From Promethearchaeota archaeon (GTDB lineage: Archaea > Asgardarchaeota > Lokiarchaeia > Sigyniarchaeales > SOKP01), in NCBI GenBank assembly GCA_019058245.1, contig JAHPZJ010000020.1, positions 40,936-104,935 on the forward strand: DNA of 64,000 bases. Reading direction: 5' to 3'. Below, one piece after another: positions 49,350 to 59,141 of this stretch (its first letter is position 1; every line of letters begins with the position of its first letter). Both the position numbers and the translations under genes were made by a program. The notes under the pieces were generated by a model. That model was not told where the DNA came from, ran no database searches, and saw nothing but the letters and a program-made list of their open reading frames with translations.

Positions 49350-50903
49350 TTGAAAGAGATTATTGAACCTCAAAAAAAAATTGAAGTAATGGATGAAGTA
49401 GACGTTATTGTGGTTGGTGCTGGACCAGCAGGTATAGGTGCCGCCATTGCTTCTGGAAGAAATGGCGCTAAAACTCTTTTAGTAGAAAGATTTGGAAGCA
49501 TGGGAGGGTTACAAGTACAAGGAAATAATCCTATATTTTCTTTTGTCGATCCAGAGTTGCATGGTGGGATTATGCAAGAAATTCTTAGGCGCCTAAAGGA
49601 AGGTGGAGGTCTAAAAAATGTGGATGATGTTCCTAGAAGTGTGAAAAACAGGTTGAAAGATCTAATAATTAAAGCTGTTGGGGTAGAGAATCTTCCTAAA
49701 CGATTGGTTGAAACAGAAGTAGGTTATTGGGGAATTTGGGGCATTTGTTTTGATATGGAGCATTACAAATTTCTTCTTGAAACCATGATGGAAGAGGCTG
49801 GTGTTAAGATCTTATATCATACTTTTGCGGCTGAGGTTATAAGGGAAGATAATTTACTTAAAGGAATTTTCATTGAATCCAAGGAAGGAAGGAAAGCAAT
49901 TTTAGCGAAAGTTATAATAGATACTTCAGGAGAAGGAGATATCATATGGAAATCAGGAGCAGCAAGCATGGGTGATCAGGGAATCCCCATTGGACGAAAT
50001 AAGGGTAGAGCTGGAGGTTATTTAAATGCATTTTTCATTGGTGGAGTAGATATCGAAAAATTCAGAGCCTTTAAAAGAGAAAATCGTAAAGAATGGGGTC
50101 AAATGTATTCTGGCAAAAATCTGATTAAGAAAGCGAAAGAAGAAGGTGCTTACATTAGAGGTGAAGCTGTTGTTCTTTCTGAAATTCAAGATGTATATAA
50201 TGCGGGACGGATATATGTAATGAATGCTATCCATAAAATTAAACCTGGTGCAAAGAGTTGGGAGGTTGAGGAGTTGACTAATTGCGAATTTGATCTTAGA
50301 AAGCAAGTATGGGCCGTCTATAAAATGCTTAAGGATAATGTACCGGGTTTTGAGAATTCTTATATTGAAAGTACACCTAACCTGCCATGTACAGGGATTG
50401 GACATAAATTAATGGGTGATTATATCCTAACAGTAGGAGATATGCGTAAAGGTAAAGCATTTGAGGACTCTGTTGCAATAAATAATATGCCTCCGGATAT
50501 CTATGAGGTAGTTGGGAGATTTGCTTATGATATCTTACCTCATGATGTTCCATATCGATGTTTAGTTTCTAAAGATATCGATAATCTTATGGCAGCAGGT
50601 ACTACACTTTCATGCGGAACCTTTGCTGGTGGTGGATTAAGATATTGTACACCTAGTATATGTCAAGGTCAAGCTGCAGGTACAGCTGCTGCGCTAGCTG
50701 CAATTAATAATATAACTCCAAAAGAGTTGGACATTAAATTACTACAGGATACTCTTCGTAAACAAGGAGCACGAGTTACCATCAAAGATTTATCAGAAGA
50801 AGTCCTCGCGCCATATCATGCAATAAAAAAGATGAATATTGTATTTTCGAGGTCTGATGCTCCAGTAATGGGTGCTACTGAAGAGGAAATAGAAAAAAAT
50901 TAA
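49350..50903 (+). CDS. FAD-dependent oxidoreductase
   Basis: DVIVVGAGPAG, IIDTSGEGD, VPYRCLV...NLMAAG, GQAAGTAAA; TTG 49350 lies 5 nt after GTGA. Confidence 0.9.
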   Translation: MKEIIEPQKKIEVMDEVDVIVVGAGPAGIGAAIASGRNGAKTLLVERFGSMGGLQVQGNNPIFSFVDPELHGGIMQEILRRLKEGGGLKNVDDVPRSVKNRLKDLIIKAVGVENLPKRLVETEVGYWGIWGICFDMEHYKFLLETMMEEAGVKILYHTFAAEVIREDNLLKGIFIESKEGRKAILAKVIIDTSGEGDIIWKSGAASMGDQGIPIGRNKGRAGGYLNAFFIGGVDIEKFRAFKRENRKEWGQMYSGKNLIKKAKEEGAYIRGEAVVLSEIQDVYNAGRIYVMNAIHKIKPGAKSWEVEELTNCEFDLRKQVWAVYKMLKDNVPGFENSYIESTPNLPCTGIGHKLMGDYILTVGDMRKGKAFEDSVAINNMPPDIYEVVGRFAYDILPHDVPYRCLVSKDIDNLMAAGTTLSCGTFAGGGLRYCTPSICQGQAAGTAAALAAINNITPKELDIKLLQDTLRKQGARVTIKDLSEEVLAPYHAIKKMNIVFSRSDAPVMGATEEEIEKN

Positions 50904-51127
50904 TTAAAAAGAAATTGAACCCCATATAGTTCTATTTATTTATTCATTTTTTTTTGCTATATCTTTCTTTTTTCTAAATTAGAGATTTGAATACTTGATT
51001 TATTAGTGTATCCTCTGTTTAAAGACTAATTAGAAAATTGCTTTAATATATCCAAAAATATAATAGCATAAGAACTATTATAAACTATATATTAAATAAT
51101 CTTTTAATAGGGGATATAAAATAAACA

Positions 51128-51853
51128 ATGAAAGTTATAGCAATCAATAGTAGTCCAAATATGGATAAAGGTAATACCGCCTTAATCCTTAAACCCTTTC
51201 TTAAAGGTATGCAAGAAGTCGGAGCGGAGGTTGAACTATTTTATACTAAAAAACTTAATATTAATCCATGTCAAGGTGAATTTAATTGCTGGTACAAGTC
51301 TCCAGGCAAATGTTTCCAAAAAGACGACATGCAAATACTCTTACCAAAAATTCTTAAGGCAGATGTTCTTGTATTTGCCACTCCCCTCTATTGTGATGGA
51401 ATCAATGGGGCTATGAAAAATCTCTGGGATAGATTGATCCCAGCAGTTTTACCATATTTTGAGCTACGTGATGGTCACTGTAGACATCCATTACGTGAAG
51501 AAATTAAACCAGTAAAGGTTGTTTTGGTATCCAATTGTGGATTCTGGGAATTAGATAATTTTGATCCAATGCTAGCCCACATAAAAGCATTTTGCAAAAA
51601 TGCTCAATGGGAATTTGCAGGTGCATTACTGAGACCACATGGACCTGTTTTAAGAGCTATGATGGAGATGGGATTAAATGTAAATGTAATTTTAGACGCA
51701 GCGAAAGAAGCTGGACGTCAGCTTATGGAAGACGGCAGAATATCTCTAGAAACACTAAAATCTATCAGTAATCAGCTTATACCTTTGGAAATGTTTTTGC
51801 AAAATGTCAATAAATATATTGATAAACGAATTAACGCATTAAAGGCTAAGTGA
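51128..51853 (+). CDS. Flavodoxin-family / iron-sulfur flavoprotein-like FMN reductase
   Basis: INSSP...GNT, PCQGEFNCW...GKC..KDDM, ATPLY. Confidence 0.88.
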   Translation: MKVIAINSSPNMDKGNTALILKPFLKGMQEVGAEVELFYTKKLNINPCQGEFNCWYKSPGKCFQKDDMQILLPKILKADVLVFATPLYCDGINGAMKNLWDRLIPAVLPYFELRDGHCRHPLREEIKPVKVVLVSNCGFWELDNFDPMLAHIKAFCKNAQWEFAGALLRPHGPVLRAMMEMGLNVNVILDAAKEAGRQLMEDGRISLETLKSISNQLIPLEMFLQNVNKYIDKRINALKAK

Positions 51854-51949
51854 CAGAAGGATTTTGTGTAATGTTCAGATTCCCCTTCATAACACATCTT
51901 ATTGAATCTAATTTTTTTTTATTAGTTGATGTAATACAAGAGTTGAATC

Positions 51950-52328
51950 ACCAGCAATTATAAGCGGACAATTACAACTAATAAAGCCATTCCTATTTCC
52001 GCAGTGAGCAGATTAGTGGTTAATTATATAATTCATTACTTAATGCTGAGACTAATTCCCACCGTTTCTTACTAACCCATTTATGAGGATTATCAAGAGA
52101 AATTGTACGTGTAATATATAAATATCCATCCTCCTCTTGAGCTTTACCAATCCTTTCAATTAATCTATCTGTATAATCCTCGAGCTGAGGATCAAAGTTT
52201 ATAATTAATGAATGAACGACGCCTTCAATGATTTTATAAACATCTGACTCATCAAACGTAAAAATAGGTTTCTTTCCATCATTTAGTAATCCTGCTGCTC
52301 TACTAAAATTAGAAATAAACTCGTAATT
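51950..52328 (-). pseudogene. Remnant of a GH127 (beta-L-arabinofuranosidase-like) gene
   Basis: Start-less frame 52328..52020: ..NFSRAAG..FDESDVYKIIEG..DPQLE..D.LI..I.KAQEEDGYL..RW..SNELYN*. Disrupted 'PL..RK*EW' and frameshifted 'SCNCPLIIA' follow, resembling the later NPL..R..W..CxCCP motif. Confidence 0.75.
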
Positions 52329-52427
52329 CTATGTACCTAATACATTTTATTAGCATTATAGATTCTCATATAATAAGTGAAAATTATTTTTAAAAAGGTT
52401 CCATTTAGAAAGGCTATAAAGCTATTA

Positions 52428-53021
52428 TTAAATTTTTCTGTGTTTTTTCAGGATATAAATTATCATTGCAATACCTATTATAACAACACAAGGAATAACA
52501 ATTGCTATGAAGATGAGAATGAATCTATCTATTATAGGGGACTTGGTTTTCTCTGCTATGATCTTTATTTGTACTAATGTATCTCCGTTATAGCATGTCC
52601 CTCTTCCATCATCATCGGAATTATCGAGATACAAATAAACAGCGGATGTACCTTCACGCGGACTAGGCTTTAAACTATATTCAAACGAGAATTGTTGGAT
52701 ACCAATTTTGGTTCCTACTGGTATATCTATTTCGTTTGAAGCACCACCGTCTCCGAATAAGAAAACATCGATAGTTGTATTACTAATAATTGTAATATTT
52801 AAAAGAAAATAATAATCCAAGAGATCATTGATTGGTAGTATTGACCAATACCGATTATCTAATGTTCTTGTGGAATTCCATTCAATATTCTTATTTAAAT
52901 GAAGAGTATCCCTGTAAAACCAAAATACATTTGGAAAAGGATCGGCTTTAGCTTCTTTACATCCTAATGGCAAAAAAATTAAGAATACTAAGATTACTGT
53001 TAAGATTTTGATTTTTTTCAT
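52428..53021 (-). CDS. Secreted/membrane-anchored hypothetical protein
   Basis: Signal-peptide-like MKKIKILTVILVFLIFLPLGC.., C-terminal TM helix plus KKHRK; ATG 53021 likely. Confidence 0.7.
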   Translation of the reverse strand: MKKIKILTVILVFLIFLPLGCKEAKADPFPNVFWFYRDTLHLNKNIEWNSTRTLDNRYWSILPINDLLDYYFLLNITIISNTTIDVFLFGDGGASNEIDIPVGTKIGIQQFSFEYSLKPSPREGTSAVYLYLDNSDDDGRGTCYNGDTLVQIKIIAEKTKSPIIDRFILIFIAIVIPCVVIIGIAMIIYILKKHRKI

Positions 53022-53254
53022 TGAAAATACCTTGGGATTCATGTTTTTATATCCCAAATCATATTTAAATATTTTCCTCATCGAAAGATAAAGAACTAAG
53101 CTACATAGTGGATTTTGATATTTAATAATTTTTTTAGGATTATTATTTATAACGACGTAATTAATTTTGAAAAAATGCACCGAGATTTAATTTCTTTCTC
53201 AAAGTGTAAATTACTGGTTAAAAACCTAATCTAATAGATTTTTAAAAGATTTAC

Positions 53255-54535
53255 TCACTCAATATAGATACCATATTTTCTGAATATCTTTTTAAGTTCT
53301 TCGTCTGCAAGATGTTTTAGAATATCCTCCATAGGGGCAATTATCTCATCTGTTTTGGTAGTTCGATTTTTACTAATCCTCCCTCCTTTTACTTCTAATG
53401 CCGTTTGAGCCCAACTAAATTCATCATTAAATGTAAAGAGGACATCCTTATATGCACCCTCCGTTCCACCGTCTCTAGCCAATGGTTTTTGTTCAATTGG
53501 CACCTCTGGGTCTTGTAAATAACACCAATCAAGGATTACCCATTCCAATTTCCTTTTGGAATCAGTTCTATCAGCAAGATAAAGACAATAAGCATGCCCT
53601 CCTACTTCAGTATTTGATGGAGCAAAAATAGGATCAGCTATCACTTCTGCTGCAGCTACTTTTACTCGCCAACTAGGGATACCCGCATTAATTAATAAAG
53701 AAGCAATCAAAATTGCCCCATCCTCACAATCTCCGACCTCTGCTTGTATACTCTCGAAAGGGAATAACCAAAATTCAGGAACTTCAGCAGTTAAATCATC
53801 GAATTTATATTTCAAGAAATTACAAACGAAATTCTGAATAACAAAAGCAGTTTTATTAGGAGTTTCTCTCCTTAATCCTACATGGGTTATAACATGCCAT
53901 AATATTGCATCATTTTTTTTAATGAATGCTTTAACATCTACGTCAATTTGTTTTTTATATGCTTCTGCCCGGAGTGCTCTCCCTGTATAGATTATCGGAG
54001 CAGTCTCCCACTTATTATTCCAATAATCTGGACCGTATTCTCCATAATCTCCTTTAAATTCTTCTATAGGCTTATAATCAATTGTTGGTATAGGTGATGA
54101 TGCGGGTTCTTTTTTTTTCTCTGATTTTTTTGCAGGTTTTTTCTCTGGAATTCCTGAAATAGCTTTAGCATCTTTAATCCAATTTTCAATATCTTTTGGG
54201 GGAGGCATTTTTGTAAGCACTTTAGGATTAGCTTTTTTTAATTGCTTTAATTTTTCTAGTGTGCTTTTTGGATTTCTGCGTGCAAATTCCTTTACAGAAT
54301 CTATACCAATAAGGTTCAAAGCATTGGCAATTTCAGGATTTACACCTTGAATCTGCATCAATTCTGCGTGTTCTTGCCAGGTATCAAGAGTTTTTACAGC
54401 AACACCTATTGTTCTAGCAAGTTTTCTAATTTGACTTTTTGTAAGTGGAATTAATTCTTCAGTACTAGATATTCCCTCTTTTTCTAAAAGTTTAGCATGG
54501 TTCTCTTCCAAACCAATAATCTCTGTTAACTTCAA
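53255..54535 (-). CDS. DUF4332-like HhH domain + transglutaminase-like cysteine peptidase
   Basis: N-terminal LTEIIGL..HAKLLEKEGI / LMQIQGV; C-terminal GDCEDGAILIASLL, GGHAY, ILDW (Cys-His-Asp). Confidence 0.8.
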   Translation of the reverse strand: MKLTEIIGLEENHAKLLEKEGISSTEELIPLTKSQIRKLARTIGVAVKTLDTWQEHAELMQIQGVNPEIANALNLIGIDSVKEFARRNPKSTLEKLKQLKKANPKVLTKMPPPKDIENWIKDAKAISGIPEKKPAKKSEKKKEPASSPIPTIDYKPIEEFKGDYGEYGPDYWNNKWETAPIIYTGRALRAEAYKKQIDVDVKAFIKKNDAILWHVITHVGLRRETPNKTAFVIQNFVCNFLKYKFDDLTAEVPEFWLFPFESIQAEVGDCEDGAILIASLLINAGIPSWRVKVAAAEVIADPIFAPSNTEVGGHAYCLYLADRTDSKRKLEWVILDWCYLQDPEVPIEQKPLARDGGTEGAYKDVLFTFNDEFSWAQTALEVKGGRISKNRTTKTDEIIAPMEDILKHLADEELKKIFRKYGIYIE

Positions 54536-54670
54536 AACTTTTTTTCCTTTTTTTTAATTTAATTGAATTTGATTAGTAAAAATATTATTTCTTTAGTTTA
54601 AATTCTTTTTCTATAAGAAATAAATATAGAGATTATATGTATTTGATAAAATGAGTCTTAAAGATGTATT

Positions 54671-55369
54671 TCAATTAAATTGGAATTTTATTTTTTCAAG
54701 TTGGATTGGTATTAAGACTTTCTTATCTATTAATTCATAGATTAAGCTAGAAGCTTCTTCATTACTTAATGTAAAGGAATTACTTATTTCAGTAAATAAT
54801 TTATCAAGTAAAATTTGACCTTTTGCTTTATGAGAAAGAACCTTAGCAATCTGAAAGATTTCTTTTGATTTTAGAGACATATTTTTTCCTCTTGGAGAAC
54901 TTATTTTAAAAGGATAAATCAAATACAAATGAAAAACATCCTCAATTATGTTGTTTAAAGTCCGTTTTGAGTAAGGATCCTTTCGAAAGATTGATATATC
55001 TCCATTGAATTTTGAATATAACTCTTTTATTTCTCTTTCATATAAATTTTCAAACAAATTACAAAAAGCCTTCAAAATTCCTCTTGTAAATACTATGGGT
55101 TTGTATTTTAGTATTAAAGTAATCCATACTAATTTTCCTGCTCGTGTGATTAGATATTTTCCTTCAAGAGTTGCCTGTTCAGTATAACCTTCTTCTAGTG
55201 GCAATTCTAAAATTTTATAATGAACGGAATTTCGGAATATATCAAGTATCTCTGGGTTTAAATCTCCTATAGCTTTATAATAAATAATCTCCTCCGATTC
55301 TTTATGGATCATAATAACATATTCAATTGATACAGCTAAAGAAAGATACTCAGAAATTAAAATCCACAC
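54671..55369 (-). CDS. Hypothetical protein (longin-like N-terminus, possible wHTH-like C-terminus)
   Basis: YVIMIHKESEEIIYYK...FNGDISIF pattern resembling 23231; C-terminal 'IYELIDKKVLIP'. Confidence 0.55.
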   Translation of the reverse strand: MWILISEYLSLAVSIEYVIMIHKESEEIIYYKAIGDLNPEILDIFRNSVHYKILELPLEEGYTEQATLEGKYLITRAGKLVWITLILKYKPIVFTRGILKAFCNLFENLYEREIKELYSKFNGDISIFRKDPYSKRTLNNIIEDVFHLYLIYPFKISSPRGKNMSLKSKEIFQIAKVLSHKAKGQILLDKLFTEISNSFTLSNEEASSLIYELIDKKVLIPIQLEKIKFQFN

Positions 55370-55587
55370 TTATCACTGTGATTTCTATATAAATTGAATA
55401 GAACAGTTATTATTTATAACTTTCCTCTATTGATAAAACAATAAAATCAATTTTATTCAAAAATGATTTTATAGCTCTTATAAAAATTAAAAAATAATAT
55501 TGATAGAAATTAATTTTATCTACTTATTATTTATTTAAGAATTTCGAATATTAGGAGATTTTCATAATTTATAATAAATATTTAGTG

Positions 55588-55754
55588 TGGAGGGGGTGGG
55601 AGTTTCATGTACTCAGAAATTCTGCGCACAATTTGAACCCACGAAGACCTTTGTCACGGGATCTTAAGTCCAGCACCTTTAGTCTTGACCCACTAAAGAA
55701 CATTACATGGCTTCTTTTGACGTAGTCATATTGACCATACTCGGTAACCCCTCC
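55588..55754 (-). tRNA. trnL-TAA: tRNA-Leu(UAA) with two non-canonical introns (55679..55730 at 21/22; 55602..55631 at 59/60)
   Basis: The spliced sequence GGAGGGG TT ACCG AGTATGGTCAA AGGT G CTGGA CTTAAGA TCCCG TGACAAAGGTCTTC GTGGG TTCAAAT CCCAC CCCCTCC A (85 nt) folds as a class II cloverleaf; anticodon at 55664-55666; CCA not encoded. Confidence 0.92.
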
Positions 55755-56028
55755 ATGTAGAAATCAGATTTTTTCTTAAAATCTGTGTAATTCTAAGCTT
55801 TTAAGGGCAATAATAAATCAAAGTTATAATTTTAATTTAAATTTTTTCTTACGTTTAATTATATAAGGGATTAAATTTGTATTAATGGTTAGATAACACA
55901 TAATATATAAAAACAAAAAGAAATAAATAAAAGAAAGATATTAAAAATATAAAATAACTTATATTGAATAAACGCTACATATAAAATTACTTCAATATAA
56001 TCAAAATACAAATTTGATGGTATAAAAC

Positions 56029-56406
56029 ATGCCCGTTGGTATACTAGTAATTCGCTGGGATAATGAAATTGGTCCAATTAATGAAGGGTTTTATCCAGAT
56101 ACGTTAAAAATAACAAACAATTTGCTTACTCAAGTATATTCCAGTCATCGTTACCAAAGTCTTAAACCGGGATTCGCATCTATAGCTCTCAAAAACAATA
56201 AAGTTGTATCCTTTTTCTCTGGGGTAGGACAAGATTTTATTTCTGTAGAAAATTATGTTGTCGCACTTTTACTTAGAAGAGATGAAAAACCAGGAAGATA
56301 TCGTGAGATATTAAAAACCATTGCAGCAGAAATATTGGAAAAAATTCAAGATGGCAAGTTTAAAGATATATTACCAAACTTATATGAACAATTAGCTAAA
56401 GTTTAG
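56029..56406 (+). CDS. Small hypothetical protein, possibly uDENN/longin-like
   Basis: ILVIRWDNEIGPINEGFYP resembles the 'FD...GP....YP' start of uDENN/longin domains. Confidence 0.6.
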   Translation: MPVGILVIRWDNEIGPINEGFYPDTLKITNNLLTQVYSSHRYQSLKPGFASIALKNNKVVSFFSGVGQDFISVENYVVALLLRRDEKPGRYREILKTIAAEILEKIQDGKFKDILPNLYEQLAKV

Positions 56407-56496
56407 AGCTTTTTAACTAGAATTTTAACGTTTTTTATTGTAAAATGATATTTGAAATTAAAGAGATTAATATTTAAATAAAATAAAAGAATTTAC

Positions 56497-57495
56497 TTAC
56501 TCTTCTCTTTTAACTATTATTTTTCCTCTATCATCTGTTTCGATAAGGTCAATTTCTTCTAGTTGAGCAACATGCTTTTTTACAGTTACAATAGGAATAC
56601 CTAAAGCATTTTTGAGATCTTCCAGGTTAATCCCACCAACTTCTTCAACTATTAAAAATGTTTTAAAGAGGGGTTCTTTTTCCATTAATGGATGCAATTT
56701 ATCAAAAAAGTTGATTTTATCTATATTATCTTTCTGTAAATTCTTGATTTTCTTAAGTTCTTTATTCAACCGCTCAATTTCTTCATTAGCATCTCTATTT
56801 TTATCCCCTAATTCTTCTACTTTACTGACTAATTCATCAAATTTTGCTTTCATACTTTCGAGTCTTGAAGTTGCATCCTTTGCAGTTAAAGATTTTTCTG
56901 TTGAAGTCAATTTACTGTCCATTAAAATTGTATCAAGTTTGCTAACCTCTGCTTTTAATTCTTGTGTTTCATTTCGATGTTTTTCTTCCATTTCTTTAAT
57001 CATTTTAACCTGTTCTTCTTTGAATTTATCCGTAAATGCTTCTAATTCTTGTATTTTATTTTCTTGATTTTTAAGCGCTTCATTTTTTAGGATTAATTCT
57101 GAATTTTTTTCAGCTAATTCTGTTCTTAAATTGCCCATGGTTTCATAAGCTTCTTCTAATTTTTTTTGTGTAGGTTCTATTTGTTTTTTTATTAATTCCA
57201 TCTCCCTTTTAGATTGGGCTATCTCGCCTTTTGCATATTCTAGTTCAATATCTCTTTCATTTAGGAGTTGTCGTTGCTCTCCTATCAGTTCTTTTAACTC
57301 AAGTACATCTGCGGGTACATCACTCATTTGCGAAATTTTTACTTTTTGCTGCTCAATAATGACCTCTTGATCAGAAATTATTTTTTTTTGACGTTCCACT
57401 AATGCTGTAAATTTATCAATTTTCGCCTGAAATGTAGCTATTTCCTTCTCACTCGATTCAATACCATCTAAAGCTTTTTTCAAGTCATTCGGCAT
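56497..57495 (-). CDS. Coiled-coil protein with a C-terminal winged-HTH
   Basis: About 260 aa coiled coil, then INLEDLKNALGIPIVTVKKHVAQLEEIDLIE. Confidence 0.75.
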   Translation of the reverse strand: MPNDLKKALDGIESSEKEIATFQAKIDKFTALVERQKKIISDQEVIIEQQKVKISQMSDVPADVLELKELIGEQRQLLNERDIELEYAKGEIAQSKREMELIKKQIEPTQKKLEEAYETMGNLRTELAEKNSELILKNEALKNQENKIQELEAFTDKFKEEQVKMIKEMEEKHRNETQELKAEVSKLDTILMDSKLTSTEKSLTAKDATSRLESMKAKFDELVSKVEELGDKNRDANEEIERLNKELKKIKNLQKDNIDKINFFDKLHPLMEKEPLFKTFLIVEEVGGINLEDLKNALGIPIVTVKKHVAQLEEIDLIETDDRGKIIVKREE

Positions 57496-57755
57496 AAAAA
57501 TTAATTCCTTATTTTAATTAAAAATAGATTTTATGATATTTAGATTGATAAAATTTTTAATAATTTTTTTACAAAAAACTTATATCTATTAAGATAGCTT
57601 AGTTTTAAATAATTTTCGAAATAAAAAGCAATAAAGTTTCTTAAAATAATACAATAATTTTGATAAATCAAATTTTATTCATTGTAGGAAATAATACTAA
57701 AAAGTGAAAGTGTTATGGAAATTAATAAATTTCTCTAATAATTTTAAATAATATC

Positions 57756-58955
57756 ATGGTATTGATATCTCCGTTAAAACCTTATATTCCTATTAATCCT
57801 AAAGAATTTTGTACAAAACCTTATGATGTTATAAGTAAAAAAGAGGAGCTGGAACTAAAAAAAAATTCAAATTCATTAATACATCTTATTTTACCAGATG
57901 GAGAGGGTGATGAAATATATCAAAATGCTGCTATTACTTATAATAATTTTAAAGAAAATAGAATCATAGAAAGGGAAGAAAAACCAAGTATTTTCATATA
58001 TCGACAGGAATCAGTAGATTTTAGTCATCAAGGAATAATAATGGGGGTTGCTCTTCAGGATTATGAAGATGGAAATATAGTAAAACATGAAAATACGAGA
58101 GAAAAACCACTTAAAGATCGTACTAATCACATTGTTGCATCAAATGTTACAGCAGGCTTAGTTTGGACTGTTTTTCAACTTGATAATGAAATAAACGCTT
58201 TAATTGAAACCATAAAAAAAAAAGACCCAAAATTTGACTTTAATAAATATGGATATCGTCATATATTATGGCAAGAAACTGATCTAAAAGTAATACAAGA
58301 ATTAAAAGAACTATTTAAAAATAAAAAGATTTACATCGCAGATGGGCATCACAGAGCTGCTAGTGCAGCAGAATATCGTAAAAAAAAGTTAAAAGAATTC
58401 GCTGTAAATGAAGATTTTAAAGCACCTTGGCAATATTTATTATGCTATGTAGCGTCAGATAATCAAATTCGTATATTATCATATAATCGCGTCATCAGAA
58501 GACTATCTTTAGAACAAAAAGATTTTTTAAAGAAGTTGGAAAAAGATTTTAAAGTCATTCCTATAGAACAGGCATTTAATCCAAAGAAAAAAAATGAAAT
58601 ATCAATTTGTTTGAAAGGTAATTGGTATAAGCTTAATGTAAAAAATAAGAAATTCAAAACGAAACCAGAAAGCTTAGATGTTTCAATTCTTCAAAAACTC
58701 ATCTTAGAACCAATTTTAGGGATTAGTGATCCTCGTTCTGATGAAAATATTTTCTTTGTAGGAGGTATACAAGATCCTAAAGAAATGGAAAAATACGTAA
58801 TAGAGAAAGGAAATGATTTACTTATTAATTTATATCCTGTAGATATTAAAGATTTAGAATTAATCGCAGATGAAGGTGAAATTATGCCCCCAAAAAGCAC
58901 ATATTTCTCACCAAAGCTTTTGTCTGGATTATTATTGCATGATCTAAGAAGTTAA
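57756..58955 (+). CDS. DUF1015 family protein
   Basis: PYDVI, KHENT, YIADGHHR, YNRV, MPPKSTYFSPKL. Confidence 0.9.
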   Translation: MVLISPLKPYIPINPKEFCTKPYDVISKKEELELKKNSNSLIHLILPDGEGDEIYQNAAITYNNFKENRIIEREEKPSIFIYRQESVDFSHQGIIMGVALQDYEDGNIVKHENTREKPLKDRTNHIVASNVTAGLVWTVFQLDNEINALIETIKKKDPKFDFNKYGYRHILWQETDLKVIQELKELFKNKKIYIADGHHRAASAAEYRKKKLKEFAVNEDFKAPWQYLLCYVASDNQIRILSYNRVIRRLSLEQKDFLKKLEKDFKVIPIEQAFNPKKKNEISICLKGNWYKLNVKNKKFKTKPESLDVSILQKLILEPILGISDPRSDENIFFVGGIQDPKEMEKYVIEKGNDLLINLYPVDIKDLELIADEGEIMPPKSTYFSPKLLSGLLLHDLRS

Positions 58956-59141
58956 AAGTGAAAGTTAAATTCAGAATATAATCAAGAGAAATATTAATAG
59001 GAACGAATTTATTTTTGGATAGAGAATTATAGAATAGTATTTATAAAAATCTTATTTCCTACTATTTGTTTTTTAAATTGAAATCGACTTTTTTATGATT
59101 TATCTTCTACGATTTAGGAGAAAATTAAATAAAATATGAAT

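Noticed and set aside
51128-51871. Selenocysteine read-through of TGA stops (e.g. at 51853, 29424)
   Set aside because: The proteins are complete at the TGA, and the extensions show no redox-motif context or recognisable similarity
55400-56000. Integrative element at the tRNA-Leu gene
   Set aside because: No integrase, and I noticed no duplicated tRNA 3' end in the window
55889-56077. 62-aa minus-strand ORF, and similar small calls (52377..52577, 28258..28452, 42141..42326)
   Set aside because: Low-complexity AT-rich frames overlapping promoters or real genes; no SD or motif
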